Source: Podarcis vaucheri | Lineage: Eukaryota | Strand: one strand, 5' to 3' | Assembly: GCA_965113315.1 (NCBI GenBank) | Contig: OZ220370.1 | DNA length: 64,000 bases | In this document: piece by piece, positions 24,103-37,051 of the stretch | Layout of the letters: each line of letters starts with the position of its first letter | How positions within the stretch are numbered: the first letter of the stretch is position 1 | Translations under genes and position numbers: made by a program | Notes under the pieces: model-generated | The model's input: only the letters and a program-made list of their open reading frames with translations | The model's database searches: none | What the model was told of the DNA's origin: nothing

Positions 24103-25537
24103 TACTTGCATTTATTACTTGTACAGCTTCAGCTAAATAATCAACTTGTCTTTGCCTTCCACCACCAAACAAGCAAGCAGTTCATTGTGCTTTGGGCAAA
24201 AGGCCTTAATGACATTCTTACACATTAGTCTTTTTAAATGTGTATAGCTGCCCTGTGCTGTTTCAAGTTACTGTACCACCAATACCTGCTCACTTAATCA
24301 AGATATTTTTGCTTCATTGCAACTTGCCACAGAACAAAACAGTTCAGTTTTGTATGAAAATGATTCCCTGAATCAGCAGGAGTTCAGCCCAACTGCTAAT
24401 GTGCATTTCTAGAGTCGAACAAACAGCCCAGTCATGGGGCTTTGTGGAAAGAGTATGATTTAAATATGTGTGCTGCATAGTTTATTTTTCTGTGCTTAAA
24501 ATGATTGAACAGTCAAGTTTGGATGGGCAGTGCAGATCGTTATGCATCAAAGAAACCTGCTAGGTGTTAAAACATTTCCCAAGGTTGTAACTGTGGTTGT
24601 GAGATGGCAGCTGTTTCATATGATGCTCAATATGTTCAAGTTGTCTCTTCTTAGTATACAACAAGTTTGTCATAACACACAGCTTGCTCAGCCTACTCAC
24701 TATTGAGCTTGTAGTATGAGCCCATTTCTCAGTCACCTGAATTATTGAATTAGGCAACTACATAAGTGAGAGTAATTGTGTGGAGTTTTGTTTTCTCTAT
24801 TTGCTTGTTTAAAAGTGTTTATAAAGTGCTTATTTTTTTGAAAACCTAAGTGGTGTACAATATAAAACATACAATATTGTTAAAAGAAAAATACAACATA
24901 AAACTAATAAAACAGTAGTATAAAAGCATATTAAAGACACCACAATACCTTCAGGAATTCAGACACACAAAACATCCCATTCTTACTGGTCAGGGAAAGC
25001 TTAATCAATGAGGAATCAAGTTCCTGGCTGGTTCTTAATGCACACACTTGCATGGATCTTTTCTGCCTGATCAGTACCCTGCTATTGCAAACGCATTCCT
25101 ATTTATAGTAGGATCAAACCACGGGCCAGTGACAAATCCACTCTCTGTGTGTAAAGGAAATTCTATAGAAGAAAGATCATGGTGCACTTAAAAAATCAGA
25201 ACTGTTTCACCTCTGTACAGATGGAAAAATGGGATTAACTACTGAAAAGCAATAATGCATCTGCTACAGTGTGTCCTATTTTATTTTAAATATTCAGAGA
25301 ATCAGGGGAAATAGGGTTGGGATGATCCTTTTGCTTGGATGCTAATTCTTGTATGGTTGCTTTCTAGCATCATGCTTTCTTGGTCTTCTCTTCTGTCAGA
25401 CAACTAATGGCGGCAATTGTCCTGGTTCTTAATTTTGTCTGTTTAACTGAAATGGTTGCACTCACCATTAAGAACAGGCTCAGTTAGATATCATTGGCAG
25501 AGAGATACAAACAGATATAAATATCTAATAATATACA

Positions 25538-25619
25538 AGAAGAAGAAGAAGAGTTTGGATTTGATATCCCGCCTTTCACTCCCCTTCAGGAGTCTCAAAG
25601 CGGCTAACATTCTCCTTTC
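25538..25619 (-). mobile_element. Short retroposon (SINE/LINE) 3' end with (TTC)n tail
   Basis: (AGA)n GTTTGGATTTGATATCCCGCC...GGAGTCTCAAAGCGGCTAACATTCTCC; recognised as a lizard retroposon terminus by pattern only. Confidence 0.5.
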
Positions 25620-26719
25620 AGAGTGTTAAGTTGTAATGAGATTAAAAATAGATGTGAGCTTTCATCGGCAGTGCTAAGAGAGCATATCCTTTTGGCTCTT
25701 CTTGCAGCTATGCAGTTCCTATCCAAGTTGGTCATTACATAAGAACTCTGTTGTGTTAAGAACTGGTGCTAGGTTTGCTGCTTCCTCCCTCATCTTTCCC
25801 CCTTTTTTTGTTCTGTTAGATTATATGCCTGAGTACAGGGACCTTTTTGATTTTTATTGTTCTGTAAGTAGCTCTGGGAACATTTTTGGCTGAAGAGCAG
25901 GGTAAAAATGCATTTTGTAAAATATATTACAATATTTTAAGTACTTTAAATGTAGAGTTCTTATATCAGATGATTTTCTCAATCATTTGAAAAAAGACAC
26001 AGTATGGGAAACAGTGGTACTATGAAAAAACCATTTAGAGTGATATTCCATTCCTTCCCCTCCCACAATTTACTCTGAAGAGTCTTCCAAGTCTTTGGAG
26101 CAGACTTTGGTGCATGGTGGGGGAGCTGCAGAGGGGAGGATAGGAAGTTCTGTTACACCAGTGGTGGCCACAGTTGGAATTCACCCAGAGGCTGAAGTCC
26201 TTTGCACACTTACTTGGAAACAAACCCCATGGAACTCAATGGGACTTGCTTCTGACTAGGCATATACAGGATTGCACTGTTACTGTCTAAAATGTGTACA
26301 ATTCTATTAAAAATGGAGTGTGAAATGGAATAAGCTGCAGACTTGAAGATTAGATAGGCACAAGATGTAGGAGATAATATCCAAGTAGGAACTTTTGGAA
26401 TATTTGTGAACAGAATGGGAAATTGATATAAAATGGCAACTAGATGGTATGTTACTTTAGTAACCATGAGTAAAACCAGTAACTGTATTTTTATTGGCTG
26501 TAAACATTTTTTTAAATGAGGAGATCTCTGCCGTATGTGGTAGACATACCTTTGTGCAGAAGTATATTGGAAGAAAATTAATGGAGAAAATATTAGGCAA
26601 TACCGATTCAGCTTGACACTTTTCATTTTAACCTACAGAAAAGATTTAATACGCAAAGAACATAGAGAACTGACTGGTTAGACTTGTTCATGCTATATAT
26701 TGGAATGTAGCTCCAGAAG

Positions 26720-27295
26720 CACCAGGATGGCAGCATGATTCACTTTCAAGGAAGCTCTTAGAAAAAGGCTTTCCTCAAAAAAATGCCCAAATGAGAAGAA
26801 CAAACTTTGGCAAAAGCAGACAATACAGGGCATTAGAAAAGAATTTGAGGAGCATGCTAAGGCCAACAACAACAAAATCTTTAAATATATTAGTAACAGG
26901 AGATAGTCTAGGGAGGCTTGGACCCTTGGATGACCAAGGGGGTCAAAGGTGTGCTAAAGTAGGAAATTGCAGAGAAGCTGAACAAATTATTTGCATCCCT
27001 GGAAGGTAGTCTGAAAAACTGAGGCAAAATATTGATGAAATATGACATTCTAGGCCTAATAGATAAAATAAAAACTGATAATAACTGAGTCTGGATGGCA
27101 TCATCCTGAGAGTTCTCAACTGTGAAATTGCTGATATTCTAATGGAAATATGTAACTTCTCCCCTGTATAAACCTCCATATCAGAGGACTGGAAAGTGAC
27201 CAATGTTAACACCAATTTTTAAAAAGGGTTCATCAGGGGATTCTGGAAATTGCAGGCTAATTAGCTGAAAGCCTGTCCTTGGAAAATTGGTGCAA
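26720..27295 (+). mobile_element. Degraded CR1 LINE ORF2 internal fragment
   Basis: Frameshifted remnants of DGIHPRVL-CEIAD, EDWKV.NV-TPIFKKG, DSGN.R.IS, PV.GKLV (CR1 pre-RT region). Confidence 0.75.
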
Positions 27296-28869
27296 AATAG
27301 TTATCTTCCACAGTGCCATTTGATAATGTTAGTCAATGAACAATTAACTGGTGTTATTCAAGGAGTGTCAGTGAGGCAGTATATGCCATCTAAGCTTACA
27401 TATATTTCTGGCTGTGTTGCAATTCTAAATAATCATATTTTATGATGCAGACTTATATGTGGGGAAGGAAGAAGTTGCCTCAGCAACTTGAAACGTGGAC
27501 AGATACAGGACTCTGGACAGAATATAACATGAATAAGTTGAATGAGTGTGCCACAGAGAATTAGCTAAGAAAAAGCTGACTCTAAAAACCAAACCAGAAA
27601 ATTTCCTCAGAGTTCTTTGACACCAAGACAAGGCAAAGGTGTATCTGGTGACAAAACAGTGAGAGAAAATTGCAGCAATGAAGTATTTCATGTAACTATT
27701 TGTCTTTCCTACTCATGTAGTTGTGAAATGTGGTGGTTGTGCATAGGCTGCTCAGTTAGTGAGCAGCAGGTTTTGTTGCTTGATTGGTGATATTTGCAAC
27801 TCATGATTATTATACTGTTTTAGTTGTGCAACTTTTATAATTATGTTATATGTATGTAAATGGCACAATATCATTTTAAATGTTTTTAAAATGGCAAAGT
27901 CAGGTGAATCCCACATACTGTTTGTGTAGGCTTTGTATATTACATTTTAGGATACTGTTGACACTTTAGCAGTTGCTTTTTAAAAAATATTTTATTACAG
28001 ATGAAACATTAAAACAAACCAATATAAAACAATCAAAACATTCCAAAGATCACATTGGGGGAATACACAAGTGAACTGTGCGTCCTCATAACACACTTTG
28101 GAAAGAATGTATCTATAAATGCCATAGGCACCAATCTATAGAATCGATTACAACAACAGACTTGCAAAGTTGACAGCAACCTTCTTTATCAATTTAAACA
28201 TAAAAGGCTAACTGGGAGTGGAGAGAGGCTTGGTAAAATATTACATAAACTCCATTTGTTGCTTAGCTGCTATGTCTATTTCGGGGATAGAAGAAAAATG
28301 GATGTTGCCATTAAAATTCAAAACTGCCAGGCACTATTAGGGGCAAATAAATAGATTTCTATACTTAGTAATAGCTTCTGGCCTATTATTACAATAGAAT
28401 TGCCTTTCTGCATCATAGCAGAACTAACATTTGCTCATTACATGGGACAAGCTCTGTGGTTTTTAGCCTACGTAAAATAATACAGACACTACCAGCTTAT
28501 ATAACACAATGGCAAAGAAGAGTGTGTTTACTTCTCAGTTTTACTCTTTCTACAAAATGGCTTGTCCCTAATTTCTGAAGTCCTTAACTCATTTGCCTTA
28601 CAGCCACAGACAGATAATATATTGGGATGCGCATTTGTGTTCTTCAGAAGCTCCTTGCCAAGCAAGTGCTCTTCAGTATTTCTTTTTAATGGAAAAAAAA
28701 TACTAGTCTTAAATGCCTAAGGAAATAACTTTAAAAATGAGTTCTGTCAACTGGGTTTTGTTTTTTGCAGAGTTTACTTCCTTGGGAAGCAGGGTGCATA
28801 AAACATACATGCTTCTGAAAACACTGAAATGAGAATCTTTCAGGCTTAATGCATATTTCTCTCCTGCAG

Positions 28870-29025
28870 CTGAGCTTGATGCAGAGCATGCACAGAAGGT
28901 GTTGGCTATGGAGCATACCCAGCAAATGAAGCTAAAGGAGCGGCAAAAGTTCTTTGAAGAAGCTTTTCAGCAGGACATGGAACAGTATCTCTCCACAGGC
29001 TATCTGCAAATAACTGACAGACGAG
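28870..29025 (+). CDS. DTNBP1: Dysbindin-1 exon (exon 8 equivalent), 156 nt: [52 protein letters not shown]
   Basis: CTCCTGCAG acceptor; near-identity to vertebrate dysbindin; donor is non-canonical GAG|GCAAGT. Confidence 0.97.
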
Positions 29026-30024
29026 GCAAGTAGTGAAAATGTTCCGTGTAATTTTTAAGCTAGATCCCAAGAGGAAGCAAGATTTTAGTTCCTTCAGTAC
29101 ATCTCTATCCTGTTTTTTCATTTATAAGTTTTTATTGGCTGGCTTGTTTGAGCATTCTCTTCTTCAACCAGTGAGCAGAATGAGACCCACTTAGCTTCTA
29201 AGAATGTAACAGCAGGCAAAGGACTGTCCTATATGCAGGACTGCGATTGAGGCGCTGCAGCTGGAAATAGCATAGCACCAGTGGGTGGGATGAGGGATGA
29301 TAAATTTTAATATTGCAGTTGCTTGCTCCACATGAACAAGTAAGTGACAGATTGCAGTTTTGCTGTAGCTGTTTTCCTCCACAATGATGAATTGTATGGA
29401 AGAAAACACAGCCAAATCCGAAGGCCTGTGGTATAGCAACTGTATAGATGTATGAAAGCTGTAGGTTCTGAAGTAAGTTTAATGGTTTAAGACTTTTCCA
29501 GATGGATTCTGTTGATCTTCCACAGTTCAAGTGCCCTGGATCCAGCACCTTCGTTGTCACCGTAGGATTTCCTACACATGTACAAAGGACTTTTACAATG
29601 CCTGAAACTTCTGGGGCTTCTATCACAACCTAGCACATTCTGTTAGTCTCAGGGTTAATTCTGGAGAAATTAAGCCACCTCTTAATAGCAGTTTGAGATT
29701 GGGATGTTAGCTTCTTGCAATGGCAGTTAAGATTAGTTTTACTTACCTGTCTCATAATGATAAAAATCTTTTTTAAAATGTAAGTTGCATCATCCTAGGT
29801 TTGGGAATGAAGTCTGAAGTAGTTCCATTACATGAATTTCAGAAAGTAAAACTGTAAATCCAGTGCAAGTATTTTTTTAAAAAAAATAAAGGTAAAAGGA
29901 TGCCTATTCACTAACCGTAAATGTTATCTTCCAGTATGCTTAATTTATGCCATAGTTTTCTCCAAAAGTGATCATATATGGGTGAGATTTTCAAGTTTAC
30001 TTGTTTACCTTTTTCTTATGGCAG

Positions 30025-30168
30025 AGCCGATTGGAAGCATGTCTTCTATGGAAGTAAATGTGGACATGTTGGAACAAATGGACCTTGTGGATATGTCTGA
30101 CCAAGAAGCCTTAGATGTCTTCCTTAATTCAGGAGGAGAGGACAGTACTATGTCATCTCCTATGATAG
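30025..30168 (+). CDS. DTNBP1: Dysbindin-1 exon (exon 9 equivalent), 144 nt: [48 protein letters not shown]
   Basis: GGCAG|AG acceptor, ATAG|GTATAA donor; dysbindin-domain signature; phase 1-1. Confidence 0.97.
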
Positions 30169-30802
30169 GTATAAAATGAACTCTTGCATTCTTGATCTGG
30201 TTGCACTGGCATAAAAAGAAATAGAACTTATTGATGTTTTTGAGCAGGGTGGATACGTATTAAATTGAGGTGATTTAAATCACCAAGAAAAAAGATCTAA
30301 CATAAATTGTTGATTTCAATCACATTTCCCATTCTTGTGTTTTCTGAACAAATATACATATCACCAGCCAGGTTCACTAAGATGCAGGATTCAGCAAGAA
30401 GCCCACATTTTTCATTTCACACAAAAATTGGAGGCTAAATTTGAACTAGAGCCCTAGTTCAAGGATACTTTCATAAAACAGATTCTTATTGTGGCTACTT
30501 TCCTGACATCTTATGTCTTAGACTGAGGTTTATGTGCTCCATTTGTTCTGGATTATTAGTAAGGCATTACAAGATGTGGAGCACACAGCTTTTTATGCTT
30601 TAGTATGCAACTATTCTTCACTTTCTTTTTCACCCTGAGAAACTCAGTGCCATTTCTGGAGCATGTAGTCAAATGCTTTCTTACTTTCTCTCAGCTATTT
30701 TGTACAAAACACTAAAGCATTTAGTCTCCCAGTTGTTGTAATATAATGGGTTTCTAACAAATGAATAAGCCTAGCTCACTGACTTCTCTTGTTATTTTGA
30801 AG

Positions 30803-31041
30803 GATCAGACAGCAGTACTGGTCAAAATGAAATTAGTCTTCAAGTTCCCACCCAGTCAGCGTTGAGAGAGTTGTCCTCCTCTTCTTCAGCCTGGACTGAT
30901 TCTGCCAGCCAAGATGCCAGTGAAGGAGAATCGCCTGTGATCCAGTCCGATGAGGAAGATGTGCAAGTAGACACTGCTGTAAATACTGAAATGAAAGGCC
31001 CTTCTGATGTTAGTGATGAGAGTGATTCGCAAACAATTTGA
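30803..31041 (+). CDS. DTNBP1: Dysbindin-1 last coding exon, acidic/PEST C-terminus ending ...SDESDSQTI*
   Basis: TTTTGAAG|GA acceptor; QNEISLQVP, ESPVIQSDEEDVQVDTA match dysbindin-1A C-terminus; TGA at 31039-31041. Confidence 0.95.
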
Positions 31042-31222
31042 GTTATCATGGTGCTCTAAAGGAATTAGGACCCTGGAATGAATGAGTGAGTAAAGAAGTA
31101 TTTTGAGCTTGCTTTTGTTACTCCAATCTTATCATGAAAAATATTACCATATATAAAACTTGAGTTTGACAGTCATGAAAATACTGATTTTTATTAAAAA
31201 TTTCTTGAAGCACACCATTAGC

Positions 31223-31228
31223 AATAAA
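31223..31228 (+). terminator. DTNBP1: Likely DTNBP1 polyadenylation signal AATAAA
   Basis: First AATAAA ~180 nt after the stop; ATTAAA also at 31193-31198. Confidence 0.6.
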
Positions 31229-32010
31229 GTGTTGGCTTTGGAAAAGTAAACCTTGTATATAAAGGATTATCCAATGAACAAGTTGTTGTAAGGGTTCCTT
31301 TTAAAATCCTCCATAGGAACATAATACAGAAGCCATGTTTGTTGTCACAGTGTGCATGTCTTAATTGTTGTGGCTAAAGACTGGTAAATGTTTGTTGTTT
31401 AGACAGAAGAATAATAGCCTCCAATTATGTGACCTTCCAGATGTAAGAAATCGATATGCTTTCTTACTGATGTTTTACATACCTATAAATAATGAGCAGA
31501 AAAAGATCAGCAAGTACTTGAATAGTTGAAAAAGTACGTGAACTTTGATTCCATGCTCCTGTCCTGTTGTTGCTTTGTCCTACATTTAGTGGGATAAGCC
31601 TCATTTGTGATAAGGGATGTAGAAGCATGTAGAAGCATGCTGCTTTGTTCACTTCACAATAGATACCGAAAGACTGATGAAGTGCACTAGCCTAACTTTA
31701 AGACTGTTGAAGCTTTCTACTTACTACCTGTAGCACACAGCATCAGGCCAACATGCTTGTGCTATCCCTATGTAAGAGATTATGGGCATGTTCTAAATGA
31801 GCAACTATTCTCAAATAGTTGACTACTTGAAATAAGTCTCAGAAGCCCATTTCTCTTTGGGTTCGGTGGAATAATGTACCTATAAATGAAAGCTGGGAAT
31901 ATCTGCTATATGTGTTGCATCTTTCCTAACCAGAATGGTCCTGACTTTTGAAGTTTAATCTCTACTGCTCTTTCAGAAGAAAGACAAAGTGTCCAAAAAG
32001 TGTGGTTTTT

Positions 32011-32016
32011 TTTATT
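32011..32016 (-). terminator. JARID2: JARID2 polyadenylation signal AATAAA
   Basis: Minus strand ...TTTGTAATACAAGGTTTAATAAA, with an upstream UGUA (CFIm) motif. Confidence 0.75.
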
Positions 32017-33470
32017 AAACCTTGTATTACAAACCTGAAAAGTAAACAAAACTGGCAATAAACATGAAGTCTTTCCTTACAAGGAAAGAGAGCAGAGCAG
32101 CGCTAATAAATTAAATGTCAAACTGTAAGCCATAGTCAGAAGTTTACTGTCAAGAAGGAAAAAAGTACACAGCAAGGCCATAAAAACCGGACAACCACAT
32201 TGGAAAACACTCGACTCTGTATGTTATTGTTAAATATTCCAAAACAATTCGTCTTCTGCAACAACCGACAATATGTATTTTATAAGACTTTTCCTGACAG
32301 TCACCACTGGCAAGCTCAGTGCAATATGGGTAGCTCTACGGTCTTGAATTCAATTATGAAACAAAAGAGTTTGTGAAAACATTTTCCCTTTTTTATTCCA
32401 CACATACTGTACACACAACTGGAAAAGGGCAACAACTACTCCATTATTATTTTTGTTGTTGTTCAGTGATGTAAGCAGCACTTATAAATGTTACAAGAAA
32501 AACCCTGTAAGCATCCAAATCCATCCGATGAAGAAAGTGAAACGTAAGGCTTTTCTTCATCTTGTCTCTTTGCCACCCTTCCCCACCCTCCCAAGAAAAG
32601 GCTCAAGTATTTAAAACAATTTACAGGCTTATGTACAAAAGGTATGATTTCTTTTTTGTTACAACATGAAGGAAAAAAATAGACAAGATGAGAGCAAATG
32701 CATTTTTCACATTCAAAAGAAATATGCAAATCTGCTAGTGGCTCTAAATGTGATCAAACAACAAAACAAAATTCAAAACAAAATTAATGCTGACTGTGAA
32801 AAGGTATGAAAAACAGCAGTGGAATGGAAATGGAATGTTAAAGATTGCACGTCTATGACAAGAAGCACTTATGGCTTCAATCATTTTAAAAGGATGCTAT
32901 TGAAGGGTTTTTGATAAAGTAGCCAACAGCACCAAAACATAACAGAATGGATTTCCTAATGAAATCAGGCACAGTTTTCGCTCACATGACTCCTCAAGGC
33001 AGGCAGTCTTTTTCTTCTCTTTCTTCTCCTCCTCGAACAGATGCATAGTGAAGTGCTGGTAACAGAGAACAATTTCTCCAAATCTCCCATTTTGCCTACA
33101 GTTAGAAAACTAAGTCCATCTTCAGCTGCCATAACCTCTCAAAGAAAAGTGTGTATTCTCCAATTTAAAAAGGTACAAAACTCATCCTGCCTGTTACAGA
33201 ATACAAGCCAAAAGTATAGCAATTTCTTTCAAGTTTTGTCTCCTATCCCTTTTCTCTCTAGAAAAAAATCTGTTGACATGACTTGGAGAACAAATTATAA
33301 AACGCCAAACTTCAACCTATCAAAAAAAGAGTTTAAAAGCCTTTTCACAGTTACCAAAAAATGAAAAAAAGGCTTTGTAGCTTCAGACAGAGGGACAAAT
33401 ACAAATGAATTTCATCAGCCCCTTGATGCTTTCAAAACTGAATGTACAGCAGTTAAAAAAAAATCCTGCT

Positions 33471-33603
33471 NNNNNNNNNNNNNNNNNNNNNNNNNNNNNN
33501 NNNNNNNNNNNNNNNNNNNNNNNNNNNNNNNNNNNNNNNNNNNNNNNNNNNNNNNNNNNNNNNNNNNNNNNNNNNNNNNNNNNNNNNNNNNNNNNNNNNN
33601 NNN
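33471..33603. other. Assembly gap (133 N)
   Basis: Run of N. Confidence 1.
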
Positions 33604-33689
33604 GCAAGTACTCCAAACTATGATATAATAATTACAAAAAATATATATAAAATTGACAAAAATGAGAGAGTGTGTTGGCATCTTCATGA

Positions 33690-33866
<177 letters not shown>

Positions 33867-34114
33867 CTATTTCAGAAGGAAAAACAAAAATGAGTTTAGA
33901 TAGCAGAAGCCTTAACAGAATGTGGCAAATAAGCTCGCAACAATGGCCATGCACCAGATATAACACTCCTCTCACATCGTCCAGCACAACTGTGAGGAAT
34001 GGAACAATTCTGTTTAACTACGGTAACTTGTTGAATCAGTACTTTATGAAGTTTGGCTTTTTTAAAAAAACAACCCACCCTGTTTAATCACAATTTGACA
34101 TGCTGTTCAAACTA

Positions 34115-34529
34115 CAGTGGTGCCCCGCAAGACGAAATTAATTCGTTCCGTAATTTTTGTCGTCTAGCGAATTTTTCGTCTTGCGAAGCACGAAATCCCA
34201 TAGGAATGCATTGAAAATCAATTAATGCGTTCCTATGGTCAAAAAAAGTCCAAACAAAGCCAAATTTGGTACAACAACAGTTTATTAACTGCTCTTTAAA
34301 GTCACACATACTGTAAAGAGCAGTTCAAAAATTTAAGGGAAAATAAATTAACTTTATAAACAAAACATGTCTTTGTTTTTAGTCAAAGAAAAAAAGTCGC
34401 GAGACGTTTTCGTCTTGCGAAGCAAGCCCATAGGGGAAATTCGTCTTGCGAGGCAAATCGCAAACGGAAAAAACTTTCGTCTAGCGAGTTTTTTGTATTG
34501 CGAGGCATTCGTCTTGCGGGGCACCACTG
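34115..34529. mobile_element. Tigger-like MITE, 415 bp, same termini as 13218/23770 but different interior
   Basis: TA|CAGTGGTGCCCCGCAAGACGAA ... TTCGTCTTGCGGGGCACCACTG|TA; internal palindrome CCATAGGAATGCATT..AATGCGTTCCTATGG. Confidence 0.9.
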
Positions 34530-34856
34530 TAATCTAAATTAGAAATAAGGGAGAACACATGAACCCAGAGCTCATTCATATATGCTGAACCACAGATTAT
34601 TTGCATTCTGCTAATGACAAAAAGTCCTCACTTAAACCTTTTAAAAAACCTTTGCTTTTTTAAAAAAGGAGATATTTATAACTATTTCAAACCACGTTAT
34701 TGAAATTTCTACATGCTTACTAGTCTTCATATAATGATGGAATACAGAACAAAAACTACATGTTTAAGGACACCTTTTAAATTCAAGAATAAAGTGCCCA
34801 TAAAATTGGAAATCAAAAGCAGGTTTCCAATATAGCTGAAATTATTTGTAAGATCA

Positions 34857-35039
<183 letters not shown>

Positions 35040-36867
35040 TCAAGAGTATTAATAACCTGCAGATCAGTATTTCCTGAACAGCCTGATTCTATATGGAAGC
35101 TTAACCTGGAAGTCTCACACAACCGTGATCCCTGTTTGTTAAGCCTGTGGGTGAATTCACTTTTAAAATTCAAACGTTGAAACCACTCGTTACTACTGTT
35201 GGTGTGGCAAATGTAATAACCACGGTGAGACCGTTAATTGATATATGTTCAATCACTTTGATAGTGTTTATGGACACACCTATTTAGAATCAAATCCCAA
35301 TGAGCAACAGAATTAGAAACTAAACTTTGCAATTCTTAAGCTCTTCCAAGCAAAACTGAGCCAAGGTGAACTTTTTTTCCATAGAGGCTAAGGAATGATG
35401 TAAACATCAAGGCAACCCTGTTCATGTGGCAGATGCTACCATCTGGTGAGATGGGTGTGTGGCATGGTTCACTGACGGCACATTTTCTCTCTGCCACTGC
35501 AGACCTTTTCAAAATGTATTGGTAATTTGCAGTGGTGTGCAGAAAAAACCACTCTATTTGTAAATGAGTAATTCTACATAAATGGCTTATCCCATGCTGA
35601 CATTCAAAAGTGGCCTTCATATATGCACTAGTGCTACCTTGGGCTTGAAATGGCAGAAAAGCTTTTATATTGTGTCAGGAAAATGCATTTTCAGCCATGA
35701 TTTTAATTTATTAGTCCCATAAGCCAATTATTATTTTGGTACTAAATTCTAAAGTGAGCTTTATTCCTTTTATGACCTAATATTGCACTATTTTCTGCAA
35801 CCTCTTGCTGGTCTGCAATGAGAAATCTTACAGTTTATTACTAAAGTTCTTCTAGTAATACGCTCCCTTTTACTGAACCGTTTGAACTACCTCCTTGACA
35901 AATCTTGAAAACCAGAAAACCCTCTTCACTTATTCTGAATATGCAAAGAGGCCCGTGGAAAGTGTGGCTCTAGCTCCTCCCCCTCAATGACATGACTCTT
36001 GATTTGACTTGTGATTGACTGGATCAGAAGGAAGACACTTTCATTGTGCATAGGATTTCCTACATGGGGTGGAAGTGGCCTCCCTTCAGACTCAGCTTAC
36101 TGCATGTTGGATTTGGAATACTGCCGGCATGCGTGATCTCACGAGGGTAAGCCCGCAGGTTCCTGCAGGCCCAAAGTGAATATCTGAAGACAGCTGAAGT
36201 GAGGCATACATTCTTTTAAGTGAAAAATCACCAGCTTCTGCTTACAACTGGCATACTGTAGTACAAGAGCAATTTTCAAATGGTGTTCCAGGTACTGTAA
36301 TTCTGGAGTTCTCCCATGAGCAAATACCAGAGAATCTTCTCTGGAAGAGCCCCTGCCCACCACTGTCAATCATCCAGTGCAATGTGCAGACTGCTGGAGA
36401 ATCTGGAATATTTTGTACATCAGTTGTTGTCCTCTTTGAACTGATGATATGAAGCACAGCTGACCTCACTTCAACTGAATGGTACATCCTAGAACATATT
36501 CAGAAATTCTCTAGAGCATGTCAAGTTTCCTTGACAGGCGTCAGAATAAGATTTGAAAACTATGAAATGACAATAAAAATTACAAAACAAATCATCAAGC
36601 TTTTAGTTCTCCTGTTTTATGTTTCAATCCAATATTGTTTAAAAAGCACTAACACCAATGTTCCTTAACCTTCAACTATCCTGAGTCTCCTACACACCAG
36701 TGCTTCACAAGAGATTTCAACCTATACTTTATTGAAATACATACACTGCTTTGGCCAAATGCATTTTGGCCTTTTAGCACTGGAGTAATTGAGATTTGGG
36801 GGGGGGGGGAAGAGATGATATTTAAAGAACATAGTGAGAACTCCCAGCTTCTAGGGATTTTCCATAC

Positions 36868-37051
36868 CATAGATAGGTAACACAGGTGCTGGCAAATCTG
36901 ACACCTCCTCTCAGACGTCTCTAGCTGCCACTTTCGAGGCTTTTTCTTCCCATCCACTCCCGAACTGCTGCTGCTATCATGGCTCCCATAGCGAGCTGAC
37001 GAATGGAGGCCTGCCTCATACAGCTGCCGCCGCTGCCTCAGCTCTGTCTCC
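36868..37051 (-). CDS. JARID2: JARID2 exon (zinc finger 1st half): [15 protein letters not shown]...[14 protein letters not shown]
   Basis: CCACAG|G ... ATG|GTATGG; 184 nt; within ORF 36676-37149. Confidence 0.95.

Larger units (their letters stand above)
31990..33689 (-). other. JARID2: JARID2 3'UTR (~1.7 kb, AU-rich, several miRNA seed matches)
   Basis: Runs from the stop codon to the poly(A) signal; no recognisable transposons; cleavage position approximate. Confidence 0.75.
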
